In this document: positions 24,702 to 38,357 of the stretch, piece by piece | Layout: each line of letters begins with the position of its first letter | Numbering within the stretch: position 1 is the first letter of the stretch | Assembly (NCBI GenBank): GCA_040954595.2 | Contig: CM082597.2 | Location: forward strand, 4,903,244-4,967,243 | Origin: Balanoglossus misakiensis | Taxonomy: Eukaryota; Animalia; Hemichordata | Length of the DNA: 64,000 nucleotides | Reading direction: 5' to 3' | The notes under the pieces: generated by a model | What the model was told of the DNA's origin: nothing | What the model saw: the letters and a program-made list of their open reading frames with translations, nothing else | The model's database searches: none | Translations under genes and position numbers: made by a program

Positions 24702-25454
24702 TCCCAGAGACTGTCACGTCAAGAAGCGCTAAAGTCAAAACACTCTAGATAGTGACTAGCATGCTTGTTGAATCTCAGCCGCTTGAGGGTGAAAATTCAA
24801 AGCACGTGCCCTGCGCATCATGAGACTTAAAACCGGTCGTCAGTTAATGAAGTGATTTCAACTTACTTATGTTTGTTGTTTTGTCTGTGGTTGAAAAGCC
24901 TCAGGGATATCACAAGGGGATTTACTGAAGCAATCACCCACTTTCAATTTCAATTTATTACAAGTCTTCCCCGACCACACTCCCAGTTGTGTGGACATTT
25001 AGAGGTCATCGAAGGGTCATTAAGTAATAGATTTATTGCCCATTGTGACTCATTGGGAGCACTATTTTGTTGATAACATTCCTGTCACGTGTCCTGATAT
25101 CCACACCGTACGGAAACGCCAAGGTCAAATTAGCCGTGACCTCCGGCAAAATCTGTCTTGTTAAAATAACACTCGTGGGACAGCGGTGGAAATGACAGGT
25201 CCCTGATGCATCATATGAGTCTCAAGGGCATAAGGCGAAGACGTGGTAAGGACCACTTAACATGGAAAACCAATATCTTGTGACATTAGTTTGTCATTAT
25301 CTATGAGATGTTAAGATTATTTCCCCACTCTTCTGCCTACGGTGATTAGCAGAAATTCGGGACAACATGACTCCCATCACAACCATTTTAATGTTTCCAT
25401 GCCTCCATTGAAATAGTAATCCAATGAGGTGCCCATGGAGTAGGCGAAACTGAG

Positions 25455-25633
25455 ATTTTCGGCCATTTTGAGTTTCAAAAGTGTGACTGTTTTGCTCTAT
25501 CATTTAAAATTATGCATGGTGACCCTGCATTGTTATTCTAAATCTTAAGAGAAAACAATCAGAAGTTGTCTTGATAAAAATATGAGAAAAGGTTTAATAA
25601 TTTGATTTTCGAGCGAGGGGCATACTACCTTAA
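25455..25633 (-). mobile_element. Left arm of the TTAA-ended MITE family, reverse orientation
   Basis: Reverse complement begins TTAAGGTAGTATGCCCCTCGCTCGAAAATCAAATTATTAAACCTTTTCTCATATTTTTATCAAGACAACTTCTGATTGTTTTCTCTTAA, aligning closely with 208-300; GGCCATTTTG core at 25461. Confidence 0.8.
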
Positions 25634-28600
25634 TGTGGCAATGACTTGCATAAGGTTTTGTTGAAACTTGTGGACTTAGTATTTCATTAAGCAATCCAGA
25701 TTAGAACAAGAAACCAGATATACACGAGAAAAATACTGAAAATAAATATCCTAAACTTAGAGCTACTGGGGCTTTAATAAACAGTGACTTGCTGTAGAAA
25801 TGATATATTCTTTTTCTGTGAACAAATTGAGAAACACAATCTTTGGAAATGCCTCAGGCACAGTGCTCGCCACTTTAAGTTTTGAGAGATATCACTATGT
25901 GTAGACTGAAATATATAAAGTTTCAATGAGACACTTACAAATGGAAAATTCACTTATTTTCTTTAAAACGTAACTCTGTCTGCACTGAAACTCGTTCAGT
26001 AGCTACCATCTGACCTCTAACTTTGCCTTTAGGCTAACGGCACAAAGCAATTCCATCCCTGATTTGATAACATCAAAAATACGTCATACTTCAGATATCA
26101 AATAGAGTGCAGTGAGATTTTTCTTTCAACTTCAGTGGGATTATTTTTCAGTGAACAGCAGAGGTGAGTATATTAAATGTTCTGTTGAGTAGTCACAGAA
26201 TGTAATAATTAACACCATGTGAAAAAAGGTTACTTGTACACATTATAGCGCCTGTTGACTGCTTTTATAGCGAAACTATGAAACCATACGCCCTGCGGTG
26301 CATACGAATTTCATGCCCGAAACAACACTTTATAACTTTATTATACTCGGTTCAAGGGATATTCAAGTTTGTATCCAATGAATGGTAACCCATGTTTTAT
26401 TCACATTTTGACTTATTACCTGCGCTGCGACAACAACATATTTCACCTCTCACTGCATGACGTCATAAAGTGGCAGGAATCTATGACATAGAGAAAAACT
26501 CTTTCACTTTTTGGGTTGAATTGAGTATCCGAGAAAAAATACTTTTAGGTGAACTAAAATCAGTATTGTTTAGCTCATAAGCCTTCAACATGAAAGGTAT
26601 TTGTTTGGGAACGGGAAGGAAATTGTGGTATCGCATAGCTCAAAACAAGATTCTCTTTGCTGGCGATTTGACGTAGCATAGGTTAAATATAAACTGATCG
26701 TACTAGGAATTGGACTCAGAATTACCTACAATTGCTCAGGCAGATTCAAGCTTGGCATTATCTCGTTTTACACAAAGCTTACCTTTTCTGCCTGACGTCA
26801 ATGGCTACATACTGTAGACGTCATACCATTTATAGATGGCTTTCAAACCCAGTGCCACTTTTGACACGTATGCTGTGGAATGTTTACCTGCGCATACACG
26901 TACGTTCCGAAACAAGCGTTTCGTCTTTGATGACCAACGCGTCATGACGTCACGTATGCATTGCGATGGAGCTCAGTTCAAACTACATGAACTCACTCAT
27001 TGATTCACTCACTTTTCATCAAATAGCTTTCCAGAGCTTTGGCTGCTGAGTTTTATACGCCTCATCCATAGCTATGTTTGGGGAGAAACTTCAGCTTTGG
27101 TCTGCCTGTAGACAATTAACATTAACTAATATTGGCTATGTCACGCTTAACCATGCCAAATGCTTATGATATGGGCTCCTATGTCAACCCTCTCATATAT
27201 TGTTAGACTAGTACTCTGTATCTCCTCATAGCAGCTGTCGACTTTTCTTGTATTCTTATTACTCTATTCCATGCACAGGCGGAATATTGTTGACGGGTGT
27301 TCAAGCGAACACTCGCATACTCCGCGCAGACACAGACTTTGTCTAAGCACACCTTGTTCTTACCCGTCTAGACAAAATTGACTTGTCGGGTTACATTTGT
27401 TGCTGTCGGAGTTGCGCCGTCCAGCTATATTTTCTTTAGAGCACATCGGTGTTATGACCAGGGCCGTTGATAAATGAACGAACGATGCGGCGACAGAGGG
27501 TGAAAACTAAGTAGGTTCATTATGGATACACTGTGTTAGATTGGAAATGAGTGACGTCGTCGACCATGTGGCGACGGCAAGTCTATTCATTTGATTCGTC
27601 TCACTGACATTGCAATGTTATGTCGTTATTGCATTATGACACGGTTTGTTTGCCAGACAAGTAATGCGATTGCTTGGATGTGTATGGCATAAGTGTGGCT
27701 GGGGCTGCGTTCCCTGGGAATTCTGACTCTAAATTCTTATTGACTATCGCTACTTATTACCAATGTATAAGTTGTAACGTCAACTATCACATTTGCAACA
27801 GACATTGGAGTTAATACAATGCAACATAAATCTCCTTTAGGCGCCAAATCTACAAGCCGTTGTACATGAGAGTAATTAAGCACTTGTAACCCAAGCTGAA
27901 CTTGAACAAAATAATCTCTTGATAACATTTTGTATCAGAAGTTGCACGACTAAAGATCCACGAACTGGTAATAATGTGAAGTGGCACACGTGCTGTGCTT
28001 TCAACATGGCAACATTAGTTAAAGTAGTTTGAACAGAAACGCAAGGGTTACTACCCCGGGTATAACTATTTATTGACAATCCCAAATTATTCGACATATT
28101 TTAAACTGATATATAATGTATTAGATACTGCTACACCCAAGTAAGGGGATCTTAAATGCGAATGCATGCTTATAATTGGGAAGACATTTAAATAGAAGGA
28201 CGGGTACAGAATTATGGAACCTTACAAGTTCGCCATGCGCTGTATTTGCAGAAAAACAAACCACCAGTATGTTGTATGTTACGTCTTCCTGCAACGGTAT
28301 TCCTGTAACATAAAACATTTCTATCCCCTGGATACGCACATGGCAAGGACACAACTGGTTATAAATAAGTGCAAAATGCACGATGATAGCTTTATTTAAA
28401 AATCAAGCACTTTAAACGCTTCCAAATCTTCTTTTCGTAGCTTATGCTGAGGGGCCACCCTAATCAGAGAAATCAATTTACCATGAAATCGCCCTTGCAT
28501 TCCCGCAGGACATCGCCACGTTTTGGTCCACACACAGTGCTAGGAAAGTTAGAGAATGGGTCATACAGCACAGTGTAAATACCAGAGCATTTATTCAGTC

Positions 28601-29909
28601 ATGTGGTGAGTGAACGTCTCTGCTTAATGGTATAAATATTTACCCGTCGTTGCCGGTGGCAGTACTAACATTTCCATCTATTAAGATCTCTCCGTGTGCA
28701 AGCAGTGCCCAAGTGGGCATCCGAAAACGGTCAATAGCAGTCTTACCAGACTGGGAAAGGTAAACAACACTGTCATCAGAATGAGCAAACACGGTATTCA
28801 AAAACGTATTTTAGAAACCCTCTTGTCAACATGTTCCAACTTGGACCTATTAGTTCAATGTGCAGACAATCAGCATTCACTGATATCCAGGTTGGTTATG
28901 GTGTAGTGTAGTACATACAGACAAGAAATGATAACAAATGCAAGAGCCATATATGGCAAATGAATGATGTAATTGTCCTAGTCATATATGACATATGTAT
29001 GATGTAATGTTTCGAAAAGAGTCAGTAGTCCTGCTCCGCATGAAAAGTACATCTTCATCATATCCATTCGCGACTATTAATTCTCTTTCCCAGTTCGTGT
29101 CTTATCAATCAAGGCAGTCATCACAGAAAATTTTACAAAATCCTCTTAGTAAAGGCGGCATGCAGTAGCAAGCCCGCATCTAGGGTAGTCGATGACATAA
29201 CTAGACTGCTACATGGAAAGTCTACTGGCATCATCTGAAATGTTTCTAAGAGATAACTAGGCGTTGATAATTAGCCACATTTTAAAATCAATACTCACTT
29301 AAAAGCAATTCAATAAGCTTGCTTTTTTGTCTGGCATTCTATTAGGTTCAGCTTAAGGACGTTTTCGCTCACATTACAGTAGGATGCGTTTTTTCACTGA
29401 GGAGGCAAGGACGGTCTGCTGTAATTTAATTGCGTTGAACATCTGTGTTAGTAACGAGCGCTACTTTCAGGAAATTGAATGCTGATCAGCCATTCAGCGT
29501 GCCGACTAACGTTAATGCCCTATCAAGTGTTTTCCTCCGAAACGCTAATACAATAAACGTAACAAAATTAGCTTTTATCTCCAACTGAGAATATCTGATA
29601 TAAAGCGCACAAGGGTGAAGACTGCGAGATGATGAAAGCTCACAATGGACACCACGTTTCCGCTGAGTGCTGATGATTTGATGCAGATCTTACATGAACA
29701 CTCGCTCTCTTATTTGGCCTTTTGCGCATTCAAATTGTCCAGAAAAAAATGCGATGTAGTCACACAGAGGAAATGAAATAATCTTTCACAGCAATACCCT
29801 TCCAGAGTATCTAGCTACGAAAATAAAAATAAATACAAGCTCCTGTTTTGTGAAAAACTTGCAAGGTTCTAAATGTACAAAGCCCAAGATAAATGAGCGA
29901 TTGTTACTA

Positions 29910-29974
29910 ATACATGCATACATACATACATACATACATACATACATACATACATACATACATACATACATACA
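29910..29974. repeat. (CATA)n microsatellite
   Basis: About 16 CATA units. Confidence 0.97.
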
Positions 29975-32900
29975 AAAGTAATGACTTATACGATAAAACA
30001 TATTAATCTGATCATCTTTTCTCTTGAATTACGACGTTGTAAACAGAGAATATTGTGCTAAGAATGTTCCATAATATTACACTTTGAAAATGATGTCATC
30101 AACAAACTTATTCTCGTTTACCTAATTTGGCTGTCATGGTTGTCATTTGGATTCACAGTAATTGGCTTTATATAGAATATCCCCAAAGAATATTGCATGT
30201 GCAAACATGCTGTGTGCGTCATGACTGCAGAGTTTGATTGATTTACCGTTGCAGCCCTCACCACACGACCTTCGCTAAATCAGCACGAATGAATTCTCCA
30301 CTTCATTCAGTAATCTCATTGCGCTCTGTGTGTTTAACTTGGTTCTGCGATAGGCGGCTTCTTTATGGACGATATCCTTGTGTGTGCACAAGATGTTTTT
30401 TCAGGCAGCGTATAAGCGATTATTATACAGTGACCCTGTCCGCGAACCGAGCATGTAATCTTAGTCAATAAATAAATGTTACACAACTGAATGAACAAAA
30501 GTATCGGTTTCATTTCAGCTCCTGTGTGGAGAGTACACATTACGTAGTTAGGTGCGTAATCCTGTCTCGGTCGCAAGTAAGCGGGATTTTCGCACACACA
30601 GAAAAATAACAAAATTTTAATCCTTATCCTTAATCTCAGTGTATAGTGTTGCTTTAATATAGGGGTGCCAGCACATACAAAAATGTTATTTTATAATGTC
30701 GATGATGGATACTTTTAAGAAATACGTCTTCGGTTAATAGGTGACGTCATATTATTCCAAGTCTCGGGGGATTTTTGTATTTTTTATTGCAGAAATAACA
30801 TGTAGGGTCGGCTGGTATAAATTAGGTTAGGTCGGACTATCGGATAAACATATTTGTTATCATCTCCCAACTTGTGTGTGGAATCACACATTTATTTATT
30901 TTGCACATTTTTAGTTATTTGTTACAGCCTAATTGTCTTGTTTTTCCATCAAGTTCTGTGTTTGCCGTCATTGCAATTTGACGATGCAGTGATCCGATAC
31001 ATTAAATGCAGAATGACGCCATACGTGGCGAGTCTCGAGAAAACACCTTTTGACAAAGAGATACTCATGCATGTCGGAAACGTTAATATCCGCTTGTCTC
31101 AATTACAAATTATATTGTCAAGAAGGTCGCGTTTAGTGTAATTTTTTCCCGCTTAATCGTGATTTGTACTGCACTGGCATTACACCCACCGGCGATTATA
31201 TTGACAAATCACGCACTTGAGGTTGTAAAGTGACCTTTTCACCTTCAATGTGACCCACCACAGGAGTTAAAAACATGAGAAGAATTTTTTGCAGACACGA
31301 GTGACATGCATGTGGCTCTCTCAGATTCATGGCTGTTGCTTCATTTCTAGTGGAAAATATATATTCTTACGTTATAACAAGATTTGAAATCGGTTCTAAC
31401 CTTGCCAAATCATGTAGGAATAATCACTTCTCCTCATCCCTACCTCTAAAAGAAGGCATTCCAATTATTCAAAAAGCTTAAAGTTGGACCTTCTTTATCT
31501 TTAACTACAACCATTCCATGTTGTGTTTTGCCCATGAAATTCGACCCCTAAAATAATAAATTAATAACTAATTGCTAAAAGATCTACTATAATATCATCT
31601 TTTTGTTTCCTCTCTGTTGTATTGACCAAGATATAACCAGCTCATCAACATTAATTTGGATTTGAGCTAATTATTATTTTTGCATGGTTCCATGAGAATT
31701 TAATTTCCTACATAATAAATCCATGGTTCAGGTAACATCCTTTAAGTAGTGCGCCACACTGTAAGTGCTAGTAGCGAGTGCAAAACAACCCAATATTCGA
31801 CCGTGGGAAGTGCGCCACCTATTCTCAACCAGTCCAGTTTCCTGATCATTCACTTAGACGTTGGTAATGTGTCATTCTATCGGTGGCTTTCATTGGCCAA
31901 AGTAACCCCAGTTCTGATTGGTGAATATACATTTTTGTGTTAGATTTTTTTAAATTTGAAATAATGAACAGGACATATCACCTGCGCAAAATAATCTGTC
32001 TCTAACAATGTACGGTACACTTGCAATTTTTTGTCTTGAACTATTTTCATTATTCCACTGATAAGTGACGTCATTCGAAAAATCGTGCATGCAGCATATC
32101 TGACGCTATTCATTTTCTCAGCACAGCCAGCGGTGAAAATGGGGCAGGGATACTGACTTGCGAGTCGCACGGTGTTCCAAAGAATGCCAGGGTGCAGTGC
32201 TGGGCAGGCAATTTATCTTGGAAAAGTTATTATCCGCACTTGGAACGAAAGCCTCTGACCTACATTGTCACAAGGAACTCGCTTCTCATACATGTATGTT
32301 CAACCTTGGTTGTCAAATAAAAGTAATCCTGTCTTCGGGGAAAATTGATGGAAATTCCCAAATATGTCCGCACAAAAATTAATCTGAGAATATTGCATTT
32401 GTCAATTGGTATTAAAATCCCCAACTAGATAAAGTGAATATATAATAGTGAGAGTTATGCATGTGGTGTTTCATTTGTCAAAAATTCTTAAGTTTATGAT
32501 TAAATAATAAAAAATGTAGAGAATATATAATGGGGAAAGTAGTGAGGTGTAAATCGTTGTATAAATTGTTCAAGTAAACAACACTACTCTCATGTAATTA
32601 AGTAGCAACAGCAATAGCTATCAATCAAAGCCACTGGCAAATTAGTATTGGCTGCAAGAACAGTTGAAGTTCTAAAACTCATTTGCCTCATCGTTTCTTT
32701 CTCTCCGGGCAAACACCTGCCCTGGGTTTACATGTTTCTGAGTAGGAAATGGGATAGTCTCGATGGATTTTATAAGGCAGCTCGGGACAAGACAGGGCTT
32801 TGGTGTGCATTATTAGCTTAACAGAAGCACATAACATATTACCTGCACCAACTGATACAAATGTAGTACTGCCTTCTCGCATTTGCATGTTATCCATTTT

Positions 32901-35319
32901 TTACCCTAATTCAAAACTGATTGACAAAAATTGATCGATAATGCTATAATGCTATAAATGATAATATTAATTGGATCGGGTCTTCAGACTCACATTATAG
33001 GAACTGGTTCGCAGCTGTCTTATTGTATACCACACTGAGTATAAGCGTGTTTTAAATAGGCCAAACGACCAACAGTACAAAGGCATGTCGATCACTGTCA
33101 CAGCTTACAGGTGTTTTCAGTGTTTTAAAAAGATAAAAGTGTCGGACATGTGCACTTGATGACTATATGTCGCTTAAATATATACGTGCATGAAATTGTG
33201 CATATACTATATCTCCAGCGAAAGAAAATTAATTCAACAAAATAACCTTGATGAAATGTTATTGTCTATAGAAATAACCTTTGGCGAATAAATGCTGCTG
33301 GCTCAGTATTCATCTCCTATATCTTCTATACAATACAATTGCATTGCAGTCTGATGACTTCAGCACTGCACAACAACACAAAACCGCATAAAAATAACCA
33401 AGGCAGACACATGCCTGAAAAATAGTATATGTTACATGGTCTACATAGTTGGAGCTTCTGGACAGGACTTAACATGTGGTCTGATAGTACAGGGTTGTAT
33501 CAAACACAGTACTGTAAATTCTGAATACATGTACATGTATAATAATGGGAACACATGACTGAAGTACGAATGTATAAACACAACTCTAGCCAGTAATGGG
33601 CCAACGGGACTTGTTGCAGGATTTGAAAATTTGTAAAATGCCAAGTGTTAATTTTTCAAATATAATGTAGTGGTTTGGATTATAGACGGTTAAAAGGAAT
33701 TGTAGGTAGAGTCCCTAGCACTGTATACAAAAATTGCATCACACTGGCGTCTATGTTGACACAGATCTGCACCACAGTGTCACGGCCTAGCGCCTGCAAA
33801 GAGGTGATTTTCTCTTGATGTCTCTCCTCATATCACGTTCGCGTAGCTTCATATTTTGCACGGTCAATTTACCCAGCATGATTTGCATGCCCAGAGGACA
33901 TGTCATGATGGCTCTCAAATCTGTCTTCGGCAAAACTGACAGCTTCATTACAGAAAAGTGTGAGCCAAATATCCTGAAATACTTCATGCGATAATGGAAC
34001 TGCAAAACGATGTTTTTTTCTCATTTAAGGAACGACGAAAGCGTGCGATCGATCAAAGTGATGAACAACATCAGCGGTGTTCCTATGTCTGTGCCGTAAA
34101 GAAGTAATTTACTTTCCAACTTTTGCGCAGGATACATGTGCTTGTCATTTATTGATGACACCGCTACGACAACAAAAGATGATCAGTCTGCCAGGATATA
34201 CAACTTATTTGGCATAATTTCTCAATGGGTTATATTTCCAAGGCGAATTCCAAGAAATGATAGTCTTTTACATTTAATTAAAAATACTAATACATATTTT
34301 TAGATTTGTTAAATATGACACAAATTATTATAAACTATATTTCTTTCGCCTCGTTTAAATTTTAAAATAAAAATCAATTTCGTATTAAAGAACATGATAC
34401 AGACATGCATCTTCCTTTTTATATATTTCCAAAAAACTTAACGGCCACATCTTTCTTGCAAAGCACGTATTATTTGAAATAGATGGCACATCTCTCAAAA
34501 AGGACGTCGAAAAGGCCTTAATCAGCTTTCGATAAAAGCAAGGAGTTTCCTGGATTTGAACATTTAAGTGGATTGGTTTTCAGTGGAACTGTTTCTTTTT
34601 ACTTCAAAGAGTGCCGTCGCTCAACGTGAATTCAATCTCACATTTTTCACATCTAAATGTGATAGCCCCAATTAATATAAACTCTTCTAACTTATTTCAA
34701 GATTTGCTAAAAAAAACACACTCCCATTTTGAACAACAGTATGCTTTTGCAGTACTCTGTGCTATCAATCATTTGTATGAGTGGAAGGGTCCACTCAGAT
34801 ATTTCTCAACTATTTTGAAACGTTCACATGAGTGCATTGAATTAATACTGATGGTACATTCCCAGGTATACTAGTCGTTGTGCAGAACACCGTGACTGCA
34901 TACAAAAATTTGGTAGGTCGCGTAACTAGGACACCAAGCTGCATACCAACTATGGATGTGCAGGTGATATAAGATGCATGAAACAGGAAGTTTCATGCAT
35001 AGTATATTTTGAGACGAAAAAGTGGTATTGATTACCTCGCCATTAATTGACACAATATCTGTGTCAACAAATATCGGAACATCTGGAATTTGCTTCAGGC
35101 TTTAAGATTCATCTGACAAAAAAAGTAAATAGTTTAATGGGGCGCCATTGGTCGATTTTTTGTCTGCAGACAGAGAAATCCATAAACTCACCCTGTCAAA
35201 TAACTCTAGGGACACAGTGCATAACTAATAGTTTGAGTAATACAATGTCCTCTATATTTTCTATTTCTATGCAGTCTCAATTGTGATATGGAATTCATTC
35301 TTTTAACACTGCTTACATC

Positions 35320-35466
35320 TATACAGCCAGAACAGAGATTGGTGGTCATTTTGATTTTCAAATTTGAGGCAATTTGGCACAGTGACCCATAATTTTTATT
35401 TTAAATTTCAAAAGAAAATAATCTAAAGTTGCCTCAAACAACTTATAAGAAAGTTTAGCATTATCG
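35320..35466 (-). mobile_element. Fragment of the TTAA-ended MITE family, reverse orientation
   Basis: Reverse complement contains AAACTTTCTT...GAGGCAACTTTAGATTATTTTCTTTTGAAATT and CAAAATGACCACCAATCTCTG, matching 243-400. Confidence 0.65.
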
Positions 35467-38297
35467 CCAATGCTTTGTGAAGTCAGCAATAACAGGTGTA
35501 TCTGCTTTGTCAGAAATTGCACTGCACTGAAACCTCATCTATCTCCACTTCACGTCCAACTGGGAAAGGAATGTGGGAATGTGCTGTGTTCCTATTTACC
35601 TTGGCTTGTAAGATGTGTGTCCTCATTTCTGTACAAATTCACGTTTAATGGTTCGCGTGTTGCTGAATCTCAAACAGTTGTGCTTTCAGTGCGGATTGAA
35701 TGTCCGTTTTCACTCGCGAATAAAACAAGATAATCACTGTCTGAATCGACTGAATGTACTCTATCTTAGAAAGATGCCCTTATCACATCAACAAATCTCA
35801 TGGAATTGGCTTCATTCAAACATGTCCCCAGTTAAGGGCAATAACTCAACGCTTTTTGTTAACCCACGCCAAAGGACACCGGAGGTCACCGATGCACTCT
35901 TGATACAAATGAGCTATTGCTGAGAAACACCGTATATAATTCATATTCCATAGAAGCACTCATCCCTTCCAGACTTTCAGCTTCTTCACGTTAAGCTCTT
36001 ATACACAGCGCGTGATTAGATACACTTTTTTCGCCGATCGAAGTCGCTTACAGGAAATTGATTGGGACACTATCTACTTACCAAGGCGTATTGCCAAGTT
36101 GATTCGCTGGCTTTAGGGCATCGTGTTCGCAATATTTTATTTCAGTGATGAGAGGCAACTGTGCCAAGAATAGGCACATTGGGGTCACATATGATTGCCA
36201 TATTAGCTGTGTTCTATACTGTCAGCTGAAGCATATGGATTCCTAAGTCATGTTTGTGTACTGAGACATTGCAATTTTCAAGCTTGTACGCTACATGCAT
36301 GTATGTATGCTAGTGCTATCAATGGGCTAAAATTATTAGGGTTTGGGGGAATCCATGGGTACCTGGGTACATTCCACCACACCCCTGAAACACAGAAGTT
36401 AGTAAATATTTCTTTGGCAGTGCTACAGGCTGCTAGCACAACCCCTTTTCCTGTGATGAGCATGGCATCCATGTAGCCATGGTTTCTTGCATTGACATCA
36501 ACGAGCAATAAAATGCTCAGCGTAAATTTAATTGCCAATTGCATTATTCACGAACACTTAAGGAAAGCGAGAACGGTATCACTTCGACGACCCGGGTTTT
36601 CCTATTGCGTATATAAGAGGTCTTTTAATCGCTTTGCGTGCCACGAAGAATGATCTGAAGGCCCTTAATGGCGCGCGGCACTTTGGCGTATCCTTTGTCA
36701 AAATGCCAGGTAGCATCAAGGTACGCGATGTGCTGATTGGCTGTTAGATAAGGAGATATGTGACGAGTGCACCTGCCATATCAGAGCTATCATCTGAGAT
36801 CGCACCCCGCATTAGCTGTATGCTTAGAAGTGTGCGCGAAAAAAAGCTGGCGGAACTCCACTAATCCGTGACTAGACACGTTCCTTTTCAAACGATTTTT
36901 CTCAACTAATCACGGCTGATCAATAGTTTATCCAACTTGTCGGACCTGGGGAATGATCACACACAGCGTGGGTGGAGGAGGGAGGGGGGTTTACCTTTGA
37001 AATCGTTTGCACATACAACGGTTCCGTTTGTGCATTTAATGGGTATCTAAGAGTCTTAGACACAAAGCACAGTGCCCGTAAAAAAAACCCACACATGTCT
37101 GTATCTATCAGTGATTTTTTAGAACCTCATCATCGTAAAATACCTTAGTCGATGACTTTCATTATACATCTGGGTCAATCGATGCAGAAAGTACCGGTAA
37201 TAGTGTACAATGAAACATCCACTGGCTTAGATTCAAACCAGCTCAGAAAATAATCCTTTGAAAGCAACTTGTGCAACTGCATGATCGATCCAGCACACTG
37301 TAACGACGAGAAAAAAACCCTGATTGCGGATGGTAATATGTGGTTTATATTTTGCTGGCCCCCAAACCGAGATCTACGGGCAGACATATCCCTGGCAGAC
37401 ATTGTTTAATCACTTCCTTGCATATACGCCCAGCAGTCCAGTCTTTCAAGCCAAAATATCTCTCGCAAAACCGATCTGTCGCTTTTGAGAAGCACCCAGC
37501 CACATTTCTGGAATCATGTGATCTGCCATCACCCACATACTTCATTAACAAGACAAGAGAGGTCCCACAAATCCGTTGGAGTGTTGGATATCTCCCACGT
37601 TTGATCAAATTGCAAGCTCAGCTGCCATGGTTCCATGGTGCAATGGTGGACCTCACACATCCCTCAACAAAAACTCTCACCGCAAGAAACACAACAATAA
37701 ACAATGCGGCCAAATTTGATTTTGAAATTCTCTGAGGTAAATACCCGGGGAATTCCCGCCATTATCATTTTGTGTGGCCTTAATTAAAGTTGCCACCTAC
37801 ATTGGACCGTTGTACTGGATAAATTATAGTCTACTTGTCATCAAAGTCCTGTGGAGAAGCGTGTTAGACTTCTTATAATCCCTATAATTATATTAGCACG
37901 CTATTTAATGAATGAAAAGGCAGGGTGTGAAAATTACAATTAACGATTGCGAGGTGCAGTGTTTCTTTCATACAACTCCATTCAAACCTCTGCATAGGGC
38001 GCTTGGTATTTTAAAGGCAATCTACAACATGGAATGTATTTTCGTTGCAAACGCAGTCTGTTACCAAGATTCTATTAATTGTATTATTCCAGTAAGCACA
38101 AAGGGTCAGCGGCTTTATGTAATTTACTAAAAGGGCTTTCATGGAGGTAGGTACTTCAGGCTTCGCACGCAATCGACCATTCAGCCCTTCTAGATTAACA
38201 TCCTAAGCCAGCCGGAAAATGTATAATGCAGTGTCCTCATTTCATATCTGCATACTTCCAATGTTACAAATAATATTATGATGTCAGGCAAATAATG

Positions 38298-38357
38298 ATG
38301 TATGTATGTATGTATGTATGTATGTATGTATGTATGTACCGGTATATATGTATGTAT
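38298..38357. repeat. (TATG)n microsatellite
   Basis: About ten perfect units plus a degenerate tail. Confidence 0.97.

Noticed and set aside
30780-30855. TAGGGTCGG...TAGGTCGG stretch resembling a MITE end
   Set aside because: No partner end or second copy inside the window to support it.
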